Positions 26,973-33,730 of a stretch of 64,000 bases of DNA are shown here, one piece after another. Location of the stretch: the NCBI GenBank assembly GCA_965209025.1, contig OZ242375.1:2261380-2325379 (forward strand), read 5' to 3'. Numbering within the stretch: position 1 is the stretch's first letter; each line of letters starts with the position of its first letter. The position numbers were made by a program, and so were the translations under genes. Source of the stretch: Acidimicrobiia bacterium (GTDB lineage Bacteria > Actinomycetota > Acidimicrobiia > Spongiisociales > ZC4RG35). The notes under the pieces are model-generated. The model ran no database searches and was not told the origin of the DNA. It was given only the letters and a program-made list of their open reading frames with translations.

Positions 26973-27542
26973 ATGGCTACCCAGGACGCACCTCCCACCG
27001 AGGGCCCCTCTCCGGGGTCGGACCGCGCCTCTTCCCTGGTCCTGATCAACACCGGCCACGGCAAGGGCAAGAGCACCGCCGCCTTCGGGACGATGCTGCG
27101 AGCCGTCTCCCGGGGGTGGAAGGTGGCTGTGGTGCAGTTTCTGAAGTCGGGTGACTGGAAGGTGGGGGAGGAGAAGATCGGGCGTCGGTTGGGCGTTGAC
27201 TGGTGGGCGTTGGGCGACGGTTTCACCTGGGACTCGGAAAACATGTCGGAGACCGAGGCGGTGGCGAGGGAAGCTTGGGCTTTCACCCGCCGTCTGGTCT
27301 CGGAAGGAGACCACCGGATGGTGCTGCTGGACGAGATCACCTATCCCGTCAATTGGGGGTGGATCGATCCGGCGGAGGTGGTGGAGATGATCCGGACCCG
27401 ACCCCGGCACGTCAGCCTGATCCTCACCGGCCGGGACGCACCTTCGGCATTGGTGGAGGAGGCCGACACCGTAACCGAGATGGTGAAGGTGAAACACGCC
27501 TTCGACCGTGGAGTAAGGGCGCGAAGAGGGATAGATTATTAG
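26973..27542 (+). CDS. cobO: Cob(I)yrinic acid a,c-diamide / cob(I)alamin adenosyltransferase (CobO/BtuR type)
   Basis: SD AAGGAG at 26961..26966. P-loop TGHGKGKSTAA, then LLDEITY and KHAFDRGVRARRGIDY, which are typical of the CobA/CobO/BtuR family. Confidence 0.85.
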   Translation: MATQDAPPTEGPSPGSDRASSLVLINTGHGKGKSTAAFGTMLRAVSRGWKVAVVQFLKSGDWKVGEEKIGRRLGVDWWALGDGFTWDSENMSETEAVAREAWAFTRRLVSEGDHRMVLLDEITYPVNWGWIDPAEVVEMIRTRPRHVSLILTGRDAPSALVEEADTVTEMVKVKHAFDRGVRARRGIDY

Positions 27543-27544
27543 AG

Positions 27545-28066
27545 ATGGAGCTCTGGTTGGTACGTCACGGGCAGACCGACTGGAATCGCAGACACCTGCT
27601 GCAGGGTTGGGTGGACACGCCACTCAACAGGAGAGGTGAACGCCAGGCCAGAGCCCTGGCCGGAAGCCTGAGGGGGCGGAGGTTCCTGGGCGTATGGAGC
27701 TCCGACCTCTCCCGGGCAGTGGAGACCGCTCGCCTGGCCTACGGGGAGCCAATCCAATCCGCGGCGTTGCGGGAACTCGACTTCGGGGACATCCAGGGAT
27801 TGAGCTGGGAGGGAATCTCCCAGGACGTCCGCGATCAAATGATCGCCTTTGACGGCTTCGCCGCTCCCGGGGGAGAGTCACATTCCGAGATGCGGGACAG
27901 AGTGATGGTTTTCCTGGACAGCCTGGAAGAGGGAGCCCATCTGGTGTTCAGCCACGGCGGGGTGATCCGCATGCTGCGCAGGCTGTGCGGCGACGATCGC
28001 TTTCCGGACTCCTGCGAGTTGGTCCGCTTGGACTGGACGAACCGTCGGGCGTTGGAGATCGGCTGA
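27545..28066 (+). CDS. Histidine phosphatase family protein (alpha-ribazole phosphatase CobC-like)
   Basis: MELWLVRHGQTDWN (RHG motif), SDLSRAVETA, and FSHGGVIR. It is the last gene of the riboswitch-controlled operon. Confidence 0.7.
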   Translation: MELWLVRHGQTDWNRRHLLQGWVDTPLNRRGERQARALAGSLRGRRFLGVWSSDLSRAVETARLAYGEPIQSAALRELDFGDIQGLSWEGISQDVRDQMIAFDGFAAPGGESHSEMRDRVMVFLDSLEEGAHLVFSHGGVIRMLRRLCGDDRFPDSCELVRLDWTNRRALEIG

Positions 28067-28088
28067 CCGACACGGCGCCGGCAGGCGA

Positions 28089-28823
28089 TTGCAGGGAGGA
28101 GCCGAGGGTCTAGCCTTGGACTCAGTGCAGGACCAAGTGGCTCAGGGCCGGTGGACCATTCCCGATCTGGTGTTGATCGCTTTCGCCGGGCTGGTCGGTT
28201 CACTGGTAGGGCTGGCGATCGGTGTGGGGAATCAGGTGACAGCCACCCTGCTCGGCCAGTTTCTGTTCACGGCGGGTGCGGTGGCGCTGGTGGGGAGGGC
28301 TCGCCAGAGGGATTACCGGCGGCTCGGCTTCGTGGTGGAGGGTGGGGACGCGATGATGGTGGTCCTGGGAATGGGATTGCAGGTGGCGCTGGCCGTCGTG
28401 TTCCTCCCGGTGGCCTTTCTGGTGGGGCTGGAGACGGATCCCCAGGTCCTGACTGAAGAAGTCGCCGCCATCGGAGGCCTATTCGGTCGCATGGCTGTGT
28501 TCCTCCTGATCGGCTTGATCGGACCCGTCCTGGAGGAGCTGATGTTCCGCGGGATTCTGATCGATGCGCTCGGGGCCAGGTTCGAAAGGCGCGGGGTCAT
28601 CTTCTGGTCGGCAGCCGCGTTCGCGGCCTTCCACCTGACGGGGATCTCCACGGTCCAACCGCTGGAGTCGGCGGCGGTGTTGGTGCCCCAACTCTTCTTG
28701 TTCGGCGTGGTGCTGGCTCACCTGCGGATCAGCCGGGGAAGGCTGGGCCCGGCCATCTTCACCCACGCCGGCTTCAATCTCCTAAGCCTGCTGGTGCTCG
28801 TCTTCTACCCGGAGTTCGTGTAG
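28089..28823 (+). CDS. CPBP family intramembrane glutamic endopeptidase (CAAX protease-like)
   Basis: Motifs EELMFRG, FAAFHL and HAGFNL within a polytopic membrane protein. Confidence 0.8.
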   Translation: MQGGAEGLALDSVQDQVAQGRWTIPDLVLIAFAGLVGSLVGLAIGVGNQVTATLLGQFLFTAGAVALVGRARQRDYRRLGFVVEGGDAMMVVLGMGLQVALAVVFLPVAFLVGLETDPQVLTEEVAAIGGLFGRMAVFLLIGLIGPVLEELMFRGILIDALGARFERRGVIFWSAAAFAAFHLTGISTVQPLESAAVLVPQLFLFGVVLAHLRISRGRLGPAIFTHAGFNLLSLLVLVFYPEFV

Positions 28824-28915
28824 CCGCCGCAGTGGAACGGGGAGGTCCAAGGCGGATTCCTCTCCGGTGGGAGAGAACGGCTTGGGGGGTTGACCATCGA
28901 AGTAACTTCTGATGC

Positions 28916-29824
28916 ATGAGCACTGGCGGAGTAGTCCCGAGCGAACCGGAAGTGAGCTATGTGAGGCCGGAAGCTCGGCGGGGGATCCTTCTGGCGGTGC
29001 TGGTGGTGTCGCTGTTCGGGTTCTTCGCGGTGGTGGTCATCGATCTCCTCGACTACCACACGTCCTTGGAGTTGGCCCAGCGCCATCTGTTCATCGCCGG
29101 GTTGGTTTTGTTTGGGGCGGCTGCGAGAAAGAGGCTTCTCCATCCTCGCGGTCGGTTCCCGATCCTGTTTGCATTGGGTTGTGGCATGACTGTGATGCCT
29201 CCTCTGTTCTTCACCGCATTGGAGAGGTTGGGGGCCGGTCCGGCCATAACGCTGCAGTTCGTCGGGATTCTGGCGGTGATGGTCTGGACGCAGGTGGTGA
29301 AAGGGATCCGCGTGCCCGCGGTTGCCTGGCTGGCGGGATTGGTGACGGTGCTGGGCATCTCCCTGGTGGTGGAGGCTTGGATATGGGAGCGGGTGGACCT
29401 GGTCGGGATAGCCGCGGGTGTGGGAGCGGCGTTGTTCTTGGCCGTTTACCTGCTGGTGGTCGATCACCTCGGCGGACATCTCCATCCACTGACCATCTCC
29501 GCCTACCCGATGGGGATAGCAGCCCTCCTGCTGCTGCCCTTGGCCAACTGGGGTCCCATGGACCTGCCTGCCTCCAAATGGTGGTGGCTGTTGGCCCTGG
29601 GTGTGCTCGGGACAGCCCTCCCGGCGTTGCTGGAAGTGGTCGCGGTCCGCTACGCGGGTCCGGGCCCGGTGGGGATGATCATTCTCGTCCAACCGGTGCC
29701 GGGCGCCGTGGCGGCCTGGTTCCTGCTCGGACAGTCGCTTACCGGGCTGCAGATCCTGGGGATCGCGATTTCACTGGTGGGGGTGCTCATGGTCCAGAGC
29801 AAGGTCTCCGAGGCGCGCTCGTAG
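28916..29824 (+). CDS. DMT superfamily (EamA-like) transporter
   Basis: 302 aa with about 10 TM segments in a two-halves arrangement typical of EamA repeats. Confidence 0.7.
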   Translation: MSTGGVVPSEPEVSYVRPEARRGILLAVLVVSLFGFFAVVVIDLLDYHTSLELAQRHLFIAGLVLFGAAARKRLLHPRGRFPILFALGCGMTVMPPLFFTALERLGAGPAITLQFVGILAVMVWTQVVKGIRVPAVAWLAGLVTVLGISLVVEAWIWERVDLVGIAAGVGAALFLAVYLLVVDHLGGHLHPLTISAYPMGIAALLLLPLANWGPMDLPASKWWWLLALGVLGTALPALLEVVAVRYAGPGPVGMIILVQPVPGAVAAWFLLGQSLTGLQILGIAISLVGVLMVQSKVSEARS

Positions 29825-29839
29825 CTCGCCTCTGTTGGG

Positions 29840-31087
29840 TCAGGTGCCGAACCGCCAGCCCGCCATGTACTCGCGTTGGGATGGGGTGAGTTGCTGCAGG
29901 CTCCCCCCCAGGGCGGCGACCTTGATCCGGGCCACCTTCTGGTCGATCTCGGCGGGTAGCACGTAGACCATCGGTTCCAGCGAGCCGCGCTCTTCTACCA
30001 GCCACCGGAGCGCCAGCGCCTGATTGGAGAACGACAGGTCCATCACGTCGGCGGGATGCCCCTCGGCGGCCCCGAGGTTGGCCAGCCGGCCTTCGGACAC
30101 CAGGTACAGACGGCGGCCGTCTTCCATCTCGAATTCTTCCAGGTTGGGACGCACGGTCCGCCTGCCCGCCGATCGGTCGGCCAGGGCCTCAACATCGATC
30201 TCCACATCGAAATGGCCGGCATTGGCCAGGATCGCACCGTCCTTCATCAGGGCCAGGTGTTCCTCGGAGAGGACGTGGCGGTTCCCCGTGACGGTGATGA
30301 AGATGTCGCCCCGGGAAGCCGCCTCCCGGGCAGTGAGCAGGCCGAAACCGTCCAAGAGCGCCTGCAGGGCCCGCACCGGGTCGACTTCCACAACGATCAC
30401 CCGCGCTCCCATTCCGTCGGCCCGGGTGGCGACGCCCTGACCGCAGTGCCCGTATCCCACCACAACCACCGTGGCGCCGGCTACCAGCAGGTTCGTGGAG
30501 CGAATGATGCCGTCCAGGGTGGACTGGCCGGTCCCGTAGTAATTGTCGAAGAGATGCTTGGTTGCCGAGTCGTTGACCGCCACCACCGGCAATCTCAGAG
30601 CCCCCTCCCTGGCCATGGACCGGAGCCGGTTGACGCCGGTGGTGGTCTCCTCGGTGGCGCCCAGCGGGGAGAGGTCGGGATGGGACCGGTGCAGCGCCGA
30701 GATGAGGTCTCCCCCATCGTCCACCAAGAGGTCGGGGCGACGACCCAGCACCTCTTCGATGTGGCGGTGGTAACGCTCCGAGTCCTCGCCGCGGACTGCC
30801 ATCACCTCCACGCCTTCGTCCACCAGCGCCGCCGCCACGTCATCCTGGGTGGAGAGGGGATTGGATGCGCACAGGGACAACTCCGCCCCCGCGTCTCTGA
30901 GGGTGAGCATCAGGTTGGCGGTCTCCGACGTAACATGCAGGCTGGCCCCCACCCGGAGACCGGCCAGTGGGCGGGAGGAGCGGAATTCTTTCTTGACCGA
31001 GGAGAGCACCGGCATCCGGCTGGCCGCCCATTCCACACGCATCCGGCCCCGGGAAGCCAGCTCCGGATCGGCGATGTCAGAAGGCAC
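29840..31087 (-). CDS. ahcY: Adenosylhomocysteinase
   Basis: 415 aa. Blocks LHVTSETANL, ATEETTTGV, NAD-binding GYGHCGQG, and HFDVEID. Confidence 0.9.
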   Translation of the reverse strand: MPSDIADPELASRGRMRVEWAASRMPVLSSVKKEFRSSRPLAGLRVGASLHVTSETANLMLTLRDAGAELSLCASNPLSTQDDVAAALVDEGVEVMAVRGEDSERYHRHIEEVLGRRPDLLVDDGGDLISALHRSHPDLSPLGATEETTTGVNRLRSMAREGALRLPVVAVNDSATKHLFDNYYGTGQSTLDGIIRSTNLLVAGATVVVVGYGHCGQGVATRADGMGARVIVVEVDPVRALQALLDGFGLLTAREAASRGDIFITVTGNRHVLSEEHLALMKDGAILANAGHFDVEIDVEALADRSAGRRTVRPNLEEFEMEDGRRLYLVSEGRLANLGAAEGHPADVMDLSFSNQALALRWLVEERGSLEPMVYVLPAEIDQKVARIKVAALGGSLQQLTPSQREYMAGWRFGT

Positions 31088-32123
31088 GGGGGCTGCTGTC
31101 GGGGGGAGGCGTCATTCTCTCCTTGAGACGATCGATCAACTCTACTCGCATGGGGTCCGCGCCGGCGAGACGAGCTAACTCCAGGGAGAAGAGGTCGCCC
31201 ACAGCCACCAGGCTCATCAGCCGGGCCAGGGGCGAGGAACCCTGGGCCCAGACCTCTCCGGCCCAGGTGACCCGATCGGCGGTGAGCTCCTCCAGGTGTC
31301 CGAAGCGACCGGAGACGCCGGGATGCTCGTCCCGGTCCCGGAGCGCCACGAGCCCCACCCGACTGCTCGCAAGCCCGGCGGGGTAGTCCCAACCCGCGAT
31401 CTCGTTGTGGGTGGCCTCGGGCATGGTTGCCCAGAATGCGGTGCGCTTGGCGTTCTCGTTGACCTGGGTCTTCCAGCGATAGGCCGCCACTGCGGTGAGA
31501 GGAGAGGATCCATAGATCCCCACCATCCTTCCGGCCATGGCGGCGGCCAGATCCGCGGCGAGCGCCATCCCGCCTCCCTCGGGTCCGGAGAGGCCGTCGG
31601 CGATCGACGCCGCCTCCTCCAGGGAAGGCCGCGGATCGCCGATGACTCCCGCCGCGGCGGCCACTCTGAGAACCGCGGAGAGGCCGTAACCCAGGGCCGA
31701 GCGCGGTTGGTAGCCACCCGGGACCATCACCACCCGGTGGCCCGCCCGGGCCGCCTTCTCTCCCAGTTCTCCCCCGGAGGTGACGGCTGTCACCGAAAGC
31801 CCCAGTTCTAGGGCCCTCTCCCAGGAGGAGAGAGCCTCTGCGGTGTCGCCCGAGTAGGAGACCACCACTATCGGAGGCTTCTCCCTGGCCACCCAACCGG
31901 GCAGCCCGTAACTCTTGTGGACCGAGGTCTGCCTACCTTGGGCGGCCGCCACCGCAGCCAGGAAGTCACCGGTTACCCCCGATCCCCCCATCCCGCACAC
32001 CAGGATCTCTCCCTCCGGTTCGCCCCCCACCGGGAGGCTAAGGTCCGCTCCCCAGCGCAGTTGCGCCCCGAGAGCGGCCATCTGGGATCTCATCTCCGCC
32101 AACCCGGAGAGGTTTTCAGTCAT
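31077..32123 (-). CDS. Bifunctional phosphoglucose/phosphomannose isomerase (SIS domain)
   Basis: 348 aa. Blocks GMGGSGVTGDF and VVSYSGDTAEAL, with a C-terminal PGI/PMI-type domain. It overlaps ahcY by 11 nt. Confidence 0.75.
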   Translation of the reverse strand: MTENLSGLAEMRSQMAALGAQLRWGADLSLPVGGEPEGEILVCGMGGSGVTGDFLAAVAAAQGRQTSVHKSYGLPGWVAREKPPIVVVSYSGDTAEALSSWERALELGLSVTAVTSGGELGEKAARAGHRVVMVPGGYQPRSALGYGLSAVLRVAAAAGVIGDPRPSLEEAASIADGLSGPEGGGMALAADLAAAMAGRMVGIYGSSPLTAVAAYRWKTQVNENAKRTAFWATMPEATHNEIAGWDYPAGLASSRVGLVALRDRDEHPGVSGRFGHLEELTADRVTWAGEVWAQGSSPLARLMSLVAVGDLFSLELARLAGADPMRVELIDRLKERMTPPPDSSPRAF

Positions 32124-32280
32124 CTTCCACCGTCATTATGGGAACCCCGTCCCGGTTTATCAAGTAGGAGGCGCCACATTCGGAGCAGCGAAGCGACCGT
32201 TCGGCGTCGACCGGGAGCACTTCTCCCCGGCAATGAGGGCAGGCCAGGATGGACAGGAGGTCAGGGTCGATCAAGGCCAT
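32116..32280 (-). CDS. Trm112 family (UPF0434/DUF343) small zinc-ribbon protein, 54 aa
   Basis: Absent from the ORF track (too short). My own translation is MALIDPDLLSILACPHCRGEVLPVDAERSLRCSECGASYLINRDGVPIMTVEDD. It has CPxC...CxxC and the characteristic RDG(I/V)P(I/V)M ending. Its TGA overlaps the start of the downstream isomerase (ATGACTGA). Confidence 0.8.
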   Translation of the reverse strand: MALIDPDLLSILACPHCRGEVLPVDAERSLRCSECGASYLINRDGVPIMTVEDD

Positions 32281-32281
32281 C

Positions 32282-33730
32282 TCAGATCTCCACCAGCCTC
32301 TTCACCTGGGCAGCGAGCCCATTCACCGATGCGGGATCGGGACCTTCGACGTTCAGGCGCAGGAAGGGTTCGGTGTTGGAGGGGCGCAGATTGAACCAGC
32401 GGTCGGGCCAGGAGACGGTTAACCCGTCCAGTCGGTCCTGGCGTGCCGATGAGAAGGCATCCGCCACCCTTTCCAGGGAGCCCACTCGATCGACCACCGC
32501 CAGGTTGATCTCGCCGGAGGCATGGTAGGGCGTCACTTCCGCATGGAGGTCGGATAGGGTGCTGTCGGTCCCCGACAGGATCTGGATTAAGGCCAGCGTC
32601 GCCAGCATGCCGGAGTCTGCCCGGAAGTGGGATGCGAAGTAGTAGTGGCCGGAGTGTTCGCCTCCGAACACCGCACCGGTCTCCGCCATCATCTGTTTCA
32701 TGAATGAATGCCCTACCCGGGAGCGGACCGGTACGCCCCCTGCGGCGGAGATGGCGTCGGGGACCGACCGGGAACAGATCAGGTTGTGCACCACCCTGCC
32801 TCCCGGGGCGGAAGCCAGTATCCAGCGGGCTATCAGGGTTGTGACCGCACTGCCTGAGAGGGGTTCTCCCTGGTTGTCCACGAAGAACGCCCGGTCCGCA
32901 TCGCCGTCGAAGGCCACCCCCAGGTCGGCGCCGATCGAGACCACCTTGGCCACCAGATCGGCCAGGTTGGCAGGATCTATCGGATCGGGAGGATGGTTGG
33001 GGAAGCGGCCGTCCGGAGTCAGGTAGAGGCCGGTGAGGGAGATCGGCAACCGGGAGAACACCGGGCCCACCACTGTTGCCGCCATGCCGTTCCCTCCGTC
33101 CACCACCACTCTGAGGGGCGCGATCGACTCGCCGTCGACGATAGAGAAAATGTGGTTCACGTAGTCTTCGATCACATCCCGCGCCGACACCGTTCCCCTC
33201 CGGGGCGCCGGAGGTGCGGGCCGGGCCGCCATCCGGCGGACCTCCTCCAGTCCCGAGCCGGCGCCCACCGGGACGGCCCCCGGCATGCACAGTTTGATCC
33301 CGTTCCATTGGGGAGGATTGTGGGAGGCAGTGACGACTGCGCCCGCCACTTCGGCGGCCCCGGAGACGTAGTACACCACCTCTGTGGCGACCGGCCCCAG
33401 GTCCAGGACGTCGGCCCCTGTCGACACGATGCCCTCCATGAGTGCGGAAGCCAGCAGGGGAGAACTCTCTCGACAATCCCGACCCACCGCCACCGTCCCA
33501 CCGCCGCCGAAACGGCCGAAGGCGGCGCCGATCCGACGGGCATGATCGGGGGTGAAGGCTCCGGTGGCGGTGTCGCCCCTGATGTCGTAGGCCTTGAACA
33601 GGTCTTCTACGGCACTGCTCCTCTCCGGCTCCGGCGGGGAGGCGCCATCGCCACCCCGCTCAACCGGCTTCTCCAGCGAGGAACCGTCAGGGCGGCAAGT
33701 CCCCCCAGCGTCAGCGCCCAACCCAGCCAT
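32282..33730 (-). CDS. manB: Phosphomannomutase/phosphoglucomutase
   Basis: FKAYDIRG N-terminal motif, phosphoserine loop TASHNPPQWNGIK, metal loop FDGDADR, and GEHSGHYYF. The 892-aa track ORF is an in-frame read-through. The first in-frame ATG/GTG/TTG upstream of FKAYDIRG is the ATG at 33730, so the start is uncertain (see findings). Confidence 0.85.
   Translation of the reverse strand: MAGLGADAGGTCRPDGSSLEKPVERGGDGASPPEPERSSAVEDLFKAYDIRGDTATGAFTPDHARRIGAAFGRFGGGGTVAVGRDCRESSPLLASALMEGIVSTGADVLDLGPVATEVVYYVSGAAEVAGAVVTASHNPPQWNGIKLCMPGAVPVGAGSGLEEVRRMAARPAPPAPRRGTVSARDVIEDYVNHIFSIVDGESIAPLRVVVDGGNGMAATVVGPVFSRLPISLTGLYLTPDGRFPNHPPDPIDPANLADLVAKVVSIGADLGVAFDGDADRAFFVDNQGEPLSGSAVTTLIARWILASAPGGRVVHNLICSRSVPDAISAAGGVPVRSRVGHSFMKQMMAETGAVFGGEHSGHYYFASHFRADSGMLATLALIQILSGTDSTLSDLHAEVTPYHASGEINLAVVDRVGSLERVADAFSSARQDRLDGLTVSWPDRWFNLRPSNTEPFLRLNVEGPDPASVNGLAAQVKRLVEI

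Noticed and set aside
30056-31126. 356-aa plus-strand ORF
   Set aside because: It is antisense to ahcY (adenosylhomocysteinase), which has clear family motifs.
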